Assembly (NCBI GenBank): GCA_029071345.1
Contig: JAIEAO010000002.1
Span: 23,947-87,946 of the forward strand
Source of the DNA: Muribaculaceae bacterium
Lineage (GTDB): Bacteria > Bacteroidota > Bacteroidia > Bacteroidales > Muribaculaceae
Length of the DNA stretch: 64,000 bases
Direction of reading: 5' to 3'
The notes under the pieces were generated by a model. It worked only from the letters and a program-made list of their open reading frames with translations, searched no databases and was not told where the DNA came from. The translations under genes and the position numbers were made by a program. Shown in pieces: positions 20,379 through 29,347 of this stretch (position 1 is the first letter of the stretch; each line of letters starts with the position of its first letter).

Positions 20379-20500
20379 TGTAAGAATGTTGTAAATCTAA
20401 ATTTGTAGGATTGTTGCATATAAAATCAGCGGATTTGTAGGATTCTTCTATTCAAAAAAAATAATCTGATATAAGCTCCGTGTGCGAAGACCTAATTTTG
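20379..20500 (+). promoter_or_regulatory. Promoter with repeated operator-like motifs
   Basis: ATTTGTAGGATT at 20401-20412 and 20433-20444; variant TGTAAGAATGTTGTA at 20379; perfect -7 box TAATTTTG at 20493-20500. Confidence 0.6.
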
Positions 20501-20534
20501 CATCAAACAAAATTACTTCTTAAAATTTAAAGAA

Positions 20535-21833
20535 ATGAAAAAGCTTATATTAGTGTCAACCGCTTTGCTGACTTTCGCAGCTTTCGCACAGGCCGCTGAC
20601 GAACAGACGCAATATGCTCCCGGATTCCGCATAGAAGTTACGCGCATGAATCCCGCCGACGATGTTCAGGTGATCGAAATGACTCCGACTGAATACAGCA
20701 AAGTGGGAAGCACCGTATATAATGCAGAGGTGACAGTTCCCGTTTTTGAAAATTCGCATACGAAATATAGATATAATGTTATATATACTTCAGAAACCGG
20801 CGAATCTGTAACGGCCACAACCAATTTGCAGGTGGAGCGTAATTTTGAAGATGGTGAGATGAAGATTGTGGTTGCCGCCTGGTATGACGGCACGGCCACA
20901 AAGGAATACGATAAATATAAGGTTTCATTCAGCGCCACTCCATACGTGATTTGTGATGTCAACTGGACTGCGATGGGCTATTTAAAAGCCAGTGAGACCG
21001 GCGAACCCCAGACCACTTACTTCAATGTTGCAAAGGAAAAGAATTATAGCGCGATAAGAAATGTTGATTTGAGCAAATCTACGGTAAATTTCATCGCCGG
21101 CGGCAACAACCAATATCAGGCCACTTTTGTAGAGGGTACCACTCCCGTAAGAGGTAAAGACACTCTGTATAAGGCGGTGTTTGACTATCACAAGGCAGCT
21201 ATAACATTTGAGGAGGTTGATGAAATCGAATTGGAGATAGACGGCTGCACACCGTTCGTGCTCCCCGTGGCATTCATTGTTCCCGAAGGGGTGACAGCTT
21301 ACCGCTACACCGGCTATGCTGACGGCGTGATGACAATGGATCCTGTTGCGGATGGAGTGGTTGCCGCCAACGTTCCCGTAATCCTTAAAGCTGACACAAA
21401 AGATGTCTATACAATCAAGGTGCAAGGCGAACCGGTTTTTGAATTCGTCTATTCCAACCCGGCTAAACCCGGCGACCGCGCCTGGATGGCAAACGTAGCT
21501 GAAGATGAGTCTGACTTTTACGGTGTGCTTCAGCCCAGACTAGCTCCGACAACCGGCTATGTTTTTGACGGCGCAAAATTTGTGAAGGCGGAGAAGAATA
21601 CAATCGTTGGTGCTTCGCAGTGCTACATCTCTCTGCCTGATGCAGAGGCTGAAGGTGTTGACGCGATAGCTGTTGAATTGAAATCAAACGATACTCCTAC
21701 AGGAGTTGAAGATATAGTTTTCGAAATGTCGGAGAAGGAAGATGGTTGTGCTTACAACATTTTCGGACAGAAGGTTTCTGACAATTATAAAGGTATTGTG
21801 ATTAAGAATGGTAAAAAATTCATGATTAGGTAA
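20535..21833 (+). CDS. Secreted hypothetical protein with short C-terminal sorting domain
   Basis: Signal peptide; ends YNIFGQKVSDNYKGIVIKNGKKFMIR. Confidence 0.7.
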   Translation: MKKLILVSTALLTFAAFAQAADEQTQYAPGFRIEVTRMNPADDVQVIEMTPTEYSKVGSTVYNAEVTVPVFENSHTKYRYNVIYTSETGESVTATTNLQVERNFEDGEMKIVVAAWYDGTATKEYDKYKVSFSATPYVICDVNWTAMGYLKASETGEPQTTYFNVAKEKNYSAIRNVDLSKSTVNFIAGGNNQYQATFVEGTTPVRGKDTLYKAVFDYHKAAITFEEVDEIELEIDGCTPFVLPVAFIVPEGVTAYRYTGYADGVMTMDPVADGVVAANVPVILKADTKDVYTIKVQGEPVFEFVYSNPAKPGDRAWMANVAEDESDFYGVLQPRLAPTTGYVFDGAKFVKAEKNTIVGASQCYISLPDAEAEGVDAIAVELKSNDTPTGVEDIVFEMSEKEDGCAYNIFGQKVSDNYKGIVIKNGKKFMIR

Positions 21834-21858
21834 TTAAAAGGTTGGTTTGATTATGGAA

Positions 21859-21889
21859 GGAACGGGATTCAGACTCGGGGTCCCGTTCC
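21859..21889 (+). terminator. Intergenic stem-loop
   Basis: GGAACGGGA(TT)...(GG)TCCCGTTCC. Confidence 0.55.
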
Positions 21890-21942
21890 GCCCCCCCCAA
21901 AAAAAAAGTAAAAATGTTTAATTAATAATAAAATCTCGTATT

Positions 21943-22716
21943 ATGAAAATTATTACTAAAGTATTGTTTACAGCAACAGTTGCAACCGTAGCAGCAACAG
22001 GTATCAACGCTCAGACCCCCGAAGATCCCGCAGCGGTGAATTTTGATCCCGCAGAGGTAGGCGTTATCTTCGCTGCTGACCAGGATAAATATTTCGAGGT
22101 GCTCCGTGACGCCAACGGCAAACCCGCGTCAGACTGGACCACACCCGTTTGGGGTCAGAAGACTGTAATCAGCGCCGACGAGTGCAAGGGTGGTGCTTCG
22201 GCTCTCCGCATCGACGGTCTCGATTTCCTTCCGCTACAGTTCCCCTCGACATTAAGCCTTGCTCAGTGGCGTTATCTCCATGTTGATATGTGGGCAGCTG
22301 CCGACGATCAGGTTTGCTTCAAGCTCCAGAACTGGTGGCCCGGCGAGGCATACGTTTCGGATATCTACAATCTCAAAGGGGGTGAATGGACAAGTATCGA
22401 CATCGATATGGAAGACCCTGCCAACTTCCAGTGGAGTGAGGTTAAGACCGACCCCGAGACTCAGGAGAAATATACCAACAAGGGTGTAAACGTGCTCCAG
22501 ATCGCCGGCGAAAAGATTCCGAATGATTTCCAGCATGCACCCGTGATCTACATGACCAACATCATCGCCCACAACTCAGGTGCCGGTGCAGGTGTAGCCA
22601 ACATCACAGTCGAGAACGAGCTTAGCGGCAAGATCTTCAACGTGTTCGGTATCGAGGTTGACGAAAACTACAAAGGTCTCGTGATCCGCAACGGCAAGAA
22701 ATATATCCAGCAGTAA
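21943..22716 (+). CDS. Secreted single-domain CBM-like protein, homologous to the repeats of the 4049 GH5
   Basis: WRYLHVDMW...GGEWTSIDID...YMTNII; C-terminal FNVFGIEVDENYKGLVIRNGKKYIQQ. Confidence 0.7.
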   Translation: MKIITKVLFTATVATVAATGINAQTPEDPAAVNFDPAEVGVIFAADQDKYFEVLRDANGKPASDWTTPVWGQKTVISADECKGGASALRIDGLDFLPLQFPSTLSLAQWRYLHVDMWAAADDQVCFKLQNWWPGEAYVSDIYNLKGGEWTSIDIDMEDPANFQWSEVKTDPETQEKYTNKGVNVLQIAGEKIPNDFQHAPVIYMTNIIAHNSGAGAGVANITVENELSGKIFNVFGIEVDENYKGLVIRNGKKYIQQ

Positions 22717-22724
22717 GACATAAT

Positions 22725-22784
22725 AGCCCTGAAAGGGCGGATTGATGAAAACGACCCCACATGAAGCGTAGCCGAATGTGGGGT
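22725..22784. repeat. REP-like double hairpin
   Basis: GCCCTGAAAGGGC followed by ACCCCACAT-GAAGCGTAGCCGA-ATGTGGGGT. Confidence 0.5.
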
Positions 22785-22796
22785 TTTAATAAAATT

Positions 22797-23492
22797 ATGA
22801 GTATGAAAAAAGCAACCGCCACTATATTAATCGCTTTAATTTGCGTTGCATTAGGCATCAACGCAAAAGAGCCTCTGAAAATATCGATATTGGGAGATTC
22901 ATATTCCACATTCGAGGGATGCGTGACGCCCGAGACCAACGCCGTGTGGTATTTCACAACGCCTAAGCCCGACAAGACAGACCTCATCGATGCCGAACAA
23001 ACATGGTGGCGCATACTATTGAGCGACAAGCAGTATCAGCTGGAGATGAACAACTCCTATTCGGGATCCACCATCTGCAACACCGGCTACAACAACACCG
23101 ACTCCACCCCCTTCTCATTCATAACCCGGATGAACAACCTCGGCAACCCCGACCTCATCCTGATCTTCGGTGCCACCAACGACTCATGGGCAAACGTGCC
23201 TATCGGTGAATGGAAATGGAGCGATTGGACCGACGAAGAACTGAAAACCTTCCGACCGGCGTTGGCTTATATGCTTGAGAATCTGACCAAGCAATACCCC
23301 ACCTCGAAATTGCTATATATCGTCAACGACGGACTCAAATCCGAGATCACATCCTCCATAGTCGAAGCTTGCGGCCGCTACGCTGTACCCTACATCCAGC
23401 TTGTAGACATCGACAAGACCGCCGGACACCCCAACATCAACGGCATGACCCAGATCGCCACCCAAGTTGCCACCTCCCTCCCCCGTGAATAG
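22797..23492 (+). CDS. SGNH/GDSL esterase (probable carbohydrate acetylesterase)
   Basis: ILGDSYST, NNSYSGS, FGATND, D..AGHPN; start moved from 22761 to 22797/22803 because the earlier ATG lies inside the hairpin. Confidence 0.88.
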   Translation: MSMKKATATILIALICVALGINAKEPLKISILGDSYSTFEGCVTPETNAVWYFTTPKPDKTDLIDAEQTWWRILLSDKQYQLEMNNSYSGSTICNTGYNNTDSTPFSFITRMNNLGNPDLILIFGATNDSWANVPIGEWKWSDWTDEELKTFRPALAYMLENLTKQYPTSKLLYIVNDGLKSEITSSIVEACGRYAVPYIQLVDIDKTAGHPNINGMTQIATQVATSLPRE

Positions 23493-23555
23493 CACACTCC
23501 CGTAAAGCAGCGTTCCAGGACCACGACAATAATTCCAATCAGACTCAACAAAATG

Positions 23556-23586
23556 ACAGCTCGCTCTTAACAGGATGGGCTGTTTT
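23556..23586 (+). terminator. Likely terminator ending the PUL
   Basis: ACAGCTCG...TGGGCTGT running into a T-tract. Confidence 0.45.
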
Positions 23587-24019
23587 TATATTTTTTACGG
23601 AACGCGTAGCAAACCTTACTAAGGAACATTTGGGGCATAAGAAAAAAGAAAGAGCCGTCATCAGCCCTCTCCGGGTCGACTTAGCTCTTCGATAGGCGTG
23701 GGCGTTCTGTCTACAGGTCTAAAGCCTTGCAGATTACTAACCGCGTTTCTATCCTTCCAATCGCATAATGCAGCTTTCTCTTCGATGCTGCTGCGACCAG
23801 GCAATATTATGTAGATTTCCGGATACAGCTACGTCCACTTAGACGTATCAACCATATCCTTTCATCTCATATATAAGGTAATCAGCCGTTTCCGAGACGG
23901 TATTAATTCTTCATGAATCATTCTCCACTCTATTAATTTATAGTTGCATATACCAATAGAGATCCTCTTCCGTAATTAGAAAAACGCGCTTTTCCGCCCT
24001 ATTACGCCTTATAGGTGAT

Positions 24020-24328
24020 ATGAATTTAATGCATATAATTTACTCTGAGAAAGATGATTTTTTAAGAGGACGGGAGGCAAGTGTAAAGCCTGACGATAAG
24101 GAAATAATAATTACACACATCGTTCCGGAAAAGTTCCGGGGTGACATAACGGCTCTTACCAAGTATGTTGGTGAGGCCAGTTTCGAAAGCGGACTCTGTA
24201 TTGAAGTCTCGTTATCTGAATTACTGGGCATTATTCCAAGAAAAAGGAAGAGGAGGGATGCCTATGCTGCACTCATAAAGTATTTAAAAGATGAGCGCAA
24301 TATTACTTTAATAATAAAATCAAAATAG
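24020..24328 (+). CDS. Hypothetical basic protein
   Basis: 102-aa ORF, first of a tightly packed run; basic patch PRKRKRR. Confidence 0.65.
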   Translation: MNLMHIIYSEKDDFLRGREASVKPDDKEIIITHIVPEKFRGDITALTKYVGEASFESGLCIEVSLSELLGIIPRKRKRRDAYAALIKYLKDERNITLIIKSK

Positions 24329-24329
24329 A

Positions 24330-24776
24330 ATGAAGAAGAAAATTTTTATTACCGGAGAGGTTCGTGAATACAAAACTGAGAATGCCAAAGATTTTTGCAA
24401 AGGGATAGAGGATTATATAAAGGATAACCTTGTTCCGGCAGATAGTGCTGATAACGTTACTGTCTCTACCTTTGAAAATGCTACGGATGATTTGACTATA
24501 ACGTTCAATTTTGGAACAGGGAAACATATTGAGAAAGGGATGATCTCAAGAGAAATGTACCGTTGCTTTACAGGTGAAGGTACTAATTTTAAAGCACATT
24601 ATTCTATTTATTGGTCATTGAGTTTCGGGTCATCCTACCCAATGAATGTTTTCTTCCCGGTTGATGAGACTATAATCTCCCACAAGAAGAACTCTCACTT
24701 CTATGGAGCTGACAGATATAAAAATATCAGCATAAACGAGAGCCCTTATAATCTTATCGTAAACATTAAATATTAA
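24330..24776 (+). CDS. Hypothetical protein
   Basis: 148-aa ORF starting 1 nt after the previous stop. Confidence 0.65.
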   Translation: MKKKIFITGEVREYKTENAKDFCKGIEDYIKDNLVPADSADNVTVSTFENATDDLTITFNFGTGKHIEKGMISREMYRCFTGEGTNFKAHYSIYWSLSFGSSYPMNVFFPVDETIISHKKNSHFYGADRYKNISINESPYNLIVNIKY

Positions 24777-24781
24777 CTGAA

Positions 24782-25357
24782 ATGGAATATACATTTATAA
24801 AAAATAGTGAAGCAGCTAAGGATCTTTCTCCTGAATGGATGGACGCTTTCGATGATATAATGCCGAAATGGTTGGAACTTTGTGTTCCGGCGTATAATGC
24901 TTGTAAAAAGAGAGGTGTATCATTTTTTGAAGTCTCAAATTATATCGACGATTGGAGCAATCCTGAGAAATTTGATGAAGACGGTTTTTCTTACATTTTA
25001 TGGCGCAAGCCAAATTGCATAACCAAGATATCTTTTGACGGTCATGGGAAATGGGGTGCTTGGGATTGGAAAACACTTATGAGGTGTGAATACCCCAATC
25101 TGTATGATAATTATACTCCGGAATATATGCGAACGGCGACAAAACTATCTGATTTTGGAGTATATAACTGCTATTTTTGGCGATATATGAATAGAAGAGA
25201 ACCTTATAACTATGTGGCCTTAAAAGTAAGGGATTATTTCCGAATATTGACCAATGATACAGAAGTGCTTTTTTCATTGGGACGTAAAAGTTATATTGCC
25301 TTTGATGAGGCCGGGAGGAAATATGGAGACCAATATTGTTACAATATTGATGGATAA
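24782..25357 (+). CDS. Hypothetical protein (Trp/Tyr-rich)
   Basis: 191-aa ORF, 5 nt after the previous stop. Confidence 0.65.
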   Translation: MEYTFIKNSEAAKDLSPEWMDAFDDIMPKWLELCVPAYNACKKRGVSFFEVSNYIDDWSNPEKFDEDGFSYILWRKPNCITKISFDGHGKWGAWDWKTLMRCEYPNLYDNYTPEYMRTATKLSDFGVYNCYFWRYMNRREPYNYVALKVRDYFRILTNDTEVLFSLGRKSYIAFDEAGRKYGDQYCYNIDG

Positions 25358-26321
25358 GAACAATAGCTCTGGAGGTTTTCTCCAGGGCTATTTTGATTAT
25401 AACCGTGAAAACCTTAGAAATATGATTAACACAACTATTAGTATAGCTAAACGATTGGAATACACCAAATACGGACTGGCAGATAAATCCGTGTATGATG
25501 TACTTGGGATGATCCAGCGCGGTGATATGATACTGTATGACCCTGAATGTGGAGAATATGATCTGAAAACGATAACTGAGGCCATCCGGCGCCAACCGGA
25601 TCCAGAAATTCAAAACGAATGGAAGGCTCGATTTATGCCTGTCGTGTTTTTCAACGGAATATGGGATGGCTCAAAAATAAGCAAATATTCCTGCATCACT
25701 GCATTGGACTTTGATAATATTCATAGCGAGGAAGATCTGAACAATACGCTTCTACTGCTGAAGAGTTCACCATTCGTATTGGCGACTTTCAGAACCTTCA
25801 AACCAAAACGTATCAAGGCTTTGATAATGCACGACAATCCTGATCCCACCCTGCATAAAGAGATGTATGCAGAGCTGATCAATTTATTTGGCACATCAGG
25901 TCTTGATACCAGCTGCAGTGATTTAAGCCGAAAAACATATCTTCCTTGGGATGATGAGATATGGATTAATACGAATTGCACCCCATATCAATTTGTTTCA
26001 AGTCACCCTGTAGTCGGAACACAGACGAAAATGATATATAAAGGTAAAAAACAAAAATCCCCATACAGCATAATCAATATTCTGAACAGCTCATGGCGAA
26101 AGAATCACACCGAATACTGGAAGGAAGGTCAACGTGCCCGGTCAGTCTTCAAGTGCGCCTGTCAATTTTGTGAATATGGTGTACCTCGAGATATGGCGGA
26201 AGATTATTTCCTTACAGGAGGATGGGAAGCTGACGACTTCACTGCAGATGAGATTCTAAAGCATGTGCGCGGAGCCTACGATTATAATAAGAATAGATTT
26301 GGTTCTAAAGATTTCGTATGA
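25350..26321 (+). CDS. BT4734/VirE N-terminal-like primase-polymerase with PriCT-like C-terminus
   Basis: MPVVFFNG..YSCITALDFDNI, LDTSCSDLSR.TYLPWD; EGQR..SVFKCACQFCEYGV; start probably 25350 or 25323 rather than 25254. Confidence 0.72.
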   Translation: MDKNNSSGGFLQGYFDYNRENLRNMINTTISIAKRLEYTKYGLADKSVYDVLGMIQRGDMILYDPECGEYDLKTITEAIRRQPDPEIQNEWKARFMPVVFFNGIWDGSKISKYSCITALDFDNIHSEEDLNNTLLLLKSSPFVLATFRTFKPKRIKALIMHDNPDPTLHKEMYAELINLFGTSGLDTSCSDLSRKTYLPWDDEIWINTNCTPYQFVSSHPVVGTQTKMIYKGKKQKSPYSIINILNSSWRKNHTEYWKEGQRARSVFKCACQFCEYGVPRDMAEDYFLTGGWEADDFTADEILKHVRGAYDYNKNRFGSKDFV

Positions 26322-26493
26322 TCGCAAATATGAGTTTAGGGTACCGCAAGAACATATCAAGGAAGTCTATCCCCTCAAACGGCGGAAGCCTAAACACACG
26401 CAACAAAATATTCCAAACACGCCCTCTTTATAAGGGAAAACTGAATATCATTAAAAAAGTGTGCAGGTCCGCTACCGTAAACACCTAATAAGT

Positions 26494-28386
26494 ATGAAGA
26501 AAGATATTATACAAATTCCAGAGAATATCAGATATATGTCTCAGGCTGCTCAAATATTACAGAATAGACTGCCCTTCAAGGGAAAATATATTCTTGATAA
26601 ATCGTTAACAGGTTGTGGTGGAACGGAGTTCTTTATAAACTCCGGCCGCCCTCTCGTTCTGATTTCTCCAAGAACGGGAGTACTCTTGAATAAGAAATCA
26701 CAACATCCGAAATGCCACTTATTCCGTAACTTGATAAAAAAGGATGTAACGCAATTAAAGGATGATCTAAGATTATATCTTGACAAATGTAGAAGTGGAA
26801 TATTCGGTCATTCTAAAACACCAATAATATTCGTTACCCTTGATTCAGCTAAATATGTCATTGAGGAGCTTAAATTCAGGGATATAATTGACAATTTCCT
26901 TTTCCTTACCGATGAATTTCAATGCCTGATAAGCGATGCTGCATTCAAAGGTAAGGTAGATTTGGAATTTCTGAGTATGCTTGATGCTGAAGCAAAGAAT
27001 ATATGCTATATGTCGGCGACACCTATTGATGACACCTATCTGAGTGCGTTGCCGGAATTTCAGGATGTGGATTATTACAAACTTGAATGGCATCCGAGCG
27101 TAATAGTAGAACCAACCGTCAAGGAGATAATGATGAAAAAGGGTGAATCGGCTCAATCCATAGTCACAAAAATAATCTCAGGCTATCGTAAGGATGGATT
27201 CTTTGCACGGAAGATTGTAAACGGAGTCACGTGTGAAGCGAAAGAAAGTGTATTCTTTATCAATGAGGTTAAGACAATTCTTCAGATAATTAAAGATAAT
27301 AGTTTATTGCCAGATGAAGTTACGGTCTTAATATCGTCAAGTAATAAATATGCTGACAGGCTGGCTAAAATGGGGTATAAGATCGAGAATCAATCCGCCG
27401 ACAGAGATAACCCTAAAAATACAGCCTTCACTTTTTGCAGTAAGGCAAGTTTTGAGGGAAGAGATTTCTATAGCTATTCGGCCTTTACATATATCTTCCT
27501 TGACGGGACAAAGGATTGGGAGGTCCATGACACCGCTATCGAGATTCCCCAGATGTTAGGTAGACAGCGATTGGACGATAATCCTTTCAAATATAATGCC
27601 TTAATATATTATAGGACCAAACCGGTTGTGCAGGGGAAAGTGGAGTATATGAAAGCCATTGAGGATAAACTTAAAGAATCCCGGACACTTGTGGATAGTT
27701 TTAACAACGGCGATGAGTGTCTAAGGAAATCATTGGTTAATATGGTAAAGAATCGGGATCCAAACAATCAATATCTTACCAATTATCTTGATGTGATTGA
27801 TGATGTGAATGGGAATTACGGGCTCCAAACAAATCTTCTTGTGGCGGTAGCAGAACATAACCTGGCCTGTAATAAAGCACATTTCTACAGCAATCCGCTA
27901 TTTCTTACAACAGCCATACACAATCAGATGGCGACCTATAATGCAAAAACTAATGAATTGCGCAACTTCGAGAAAAATTTTAATCATTCAGACTCATTTA
28001 AGAATCGAATGGAACTCTACAGCACTTTCCTGACAAACAATCCTAACTACATGCAAGTGTTGTTATGCAACCCCTTCATTGAACCGAAATACCATAAATA
28101 CTATGACTTATTAGGACCGGCTGAACTATACCGGCTTAATTATGATGAACAGGCAATCGAGAGGGAATTATACAATAGGGAAATAATTCTGCAATGTCAA
28201 GCTTACTTTGAACGCGGTCGGCTATATACCGCCGGTGAAGTCAAATCAGCACTCCAATCCATTTACGACAATCTTGGATATAAAAAGACGGCGACAGCAA
28301 ACCAACTCTTGGATTATATCAGAGTTGAGATTGTCCAGCGAACCATGCCTGACGGATCACGCCCACGCTTGTTTGAGATACTATAA
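26494..28386 (+). CDS. SF2 (DEAD-like) helicase-fold protein with variant Walker A
   Basis: LTGCGGT, LTDEFQ, MSATP, FEGRDFY, QMLGRQR; ATG at 26494. Confidence 0.75.
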   Translation: MKKDIIQIPENIRYMSQAAQILQNRLPFKGKYILDKSLTGCGGTEFFINSGRPLVLISPRTGVLLNKKSQHPKCHLFRNLIKKDVTQLKDDLRLYLDKCRSGIFGHSKTPIIFVTLDSAKYVIEELKFRDIIDNFLFLTDEFQCLISDAAFKGKVDLEFLSMLDAEAKNICYMSATPIDDTYLSALPEFQDVDYYKLEWHPSVIVEPTVKEIMMKKGESAQSIVTKIISGYRKDGFFARKIVNGVTCEAKESVFFINEVKTILQIIKDNSLLPDEVTVLISSSNKYADRLAKMGYKIENQSADRDNPKNTAFTFCSKASFEGRDFYSYSAFTYIFLDGTKDWEVHDTAIEIPQMLGRQRLDDNPFKYNALIYYRTKPVVQGKVEYMKAIEDKLKESRTLVDSFNNGDECLRKSLVNMVKNRDPNNQYLTNYLDVIDDVNGNYGLQTNLLVAVAEHNLACNKAHFYSNPLFLTTAIHNQMATYNAKTNELRNFEKNFNHSDSFKNRMELYSTFLTNNPNYMQVLLCNPFIEPKYHKYYDLLGPAELYRLNYDEQAIERELYNREIILQCQAYFERGRLYTAGEVKSALQSIYDNLGYKKTATANQLLDYIRVEIVQRTMPDGSRPRLFEIL

Positions 28387-28566
28387 TACCTTGCTACCCC
28401 CTTTGACACGGATATCAATAAAAATTGACATTGGGTAACAATGCTATCTATCAGTCATTAAAAGAGTTGACACCTTGATACCACTAATTCGAAATTTCAA
28501 AAAATCAGTCTAATACTACATTTTACAGCAACTCTCCAGGGCTATACTAAAAATTGTCAAACGATA

Positions 28567-29202
28567 TTACCCTAGAGGATTCTGTATTTTACAAAGCATC
28601 ATAACAAGAACTATTGCACATGCCCCTAAAAATGTGATGAGATTGTAGATGCTATCGGATAACATAAAGTGCCATTTTACATATGTCCAGCGCCATTTCC
28701 GCCTCTGGTAAGAAGATATGGGAGTGCTACTTTTTTTCTTTTCTTCTTTTATCGTTGCCCAGTCAAAATCTGTAGTGGAATGGTTAAGACTGCTATTCTT
28801 GATTATTTGGGCATATTGGCTATTGAAATTCATAAGCACTTCATAGGTTTCCGGTTTATCCTTTGAAGTGTAGATTCTGATTTTCTTTTCGAGATTTGCC
28901 AATTCCAAGGCACATCTATGATATTCAGCAGCCTTAGCATCATACTTTAGTTGAGAGATGATCAAGGAGAGCACAAGCACGAATGCCGAAAGACATACAG
29001 TCAGAACCGTAATAGGTTTATCATCAAGCTTTAGGGATGGAATAAACACAAGCAGATTAATCACAATGATTTCCAAAGAAAGCATAGCCACACACAATGT
29101 AGAGGCATTGTGACATCGTTGCATCCTTCGTGAGGCTTCAAATCGTGCAGCTGCCGTTCGCCAGCATCGTTGAGCCATGTTTTGTAAACTTTCTCTATCC
29201 AT
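28567..29202 (-). CDS. SLATT-domain membrane effector (SLATT_5-like)
   Basis: WRTAAARFEASRRM, two adjacent TM helices, A.EYHRCALELANL, LNHSTTDF, third C-terminal TM helix. Confidence 0.82.
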   Translation of the reverse strand: MDRESLQNMAQRCWRTAAARFEASRRMQRCHNASTLCVAMLSLEIIVINLLVFIPSLKLDDKPITVLTVCLSAFVLVLSLIISQLKYDAKAAEYHRCALELANLEKKIRIYTSKDKPETYEVLMNFNSQYAQIIKNSSLNHSTTDFDWATIKEEKKKSSTPISSYQRRKWRWTYVKWHFMLSDSIYNLITFLGACAIVLVMMLCKIQNPLG

Positions 29203-29217
29203 GATATATTAAAAAGA

Positions 29218-29347
29218 AGAAGGAAGGGGATAAAATTTGTCACGGAGCAAATCCGCAAATGCGGCCGACATCTTCCGATGCGATTAAGTTTTACCAACAT
29301 TGGTTTTTACACCAATCCTACATTAAATGTAGCCACCCCTTCCTTCT
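29218..29347 (-). ncRNA. Candidate RT-associated structured ncRNA
   Basis: Perfect 12-bp terminal inverted repeat AGAAGGAAGGGG/CCCCTTCCTTCT enclosing five hairpins; fills the RT-SLATT gap. Confidence 0.7.

Noticed and set aside
21891-21907. C8 run followed by A9 run as a phase-variation tract
   Set aside because: Intergenic, directly after a hairpin, with no promoter boxes flanking it; no evidence of function
29061-29300. 79-aa ORF overlapping the ncRNA and SLATT start
   Set aside because: Out-of-frame overlap with SLATT and a non-ATG start inside a structured region; probably spurious
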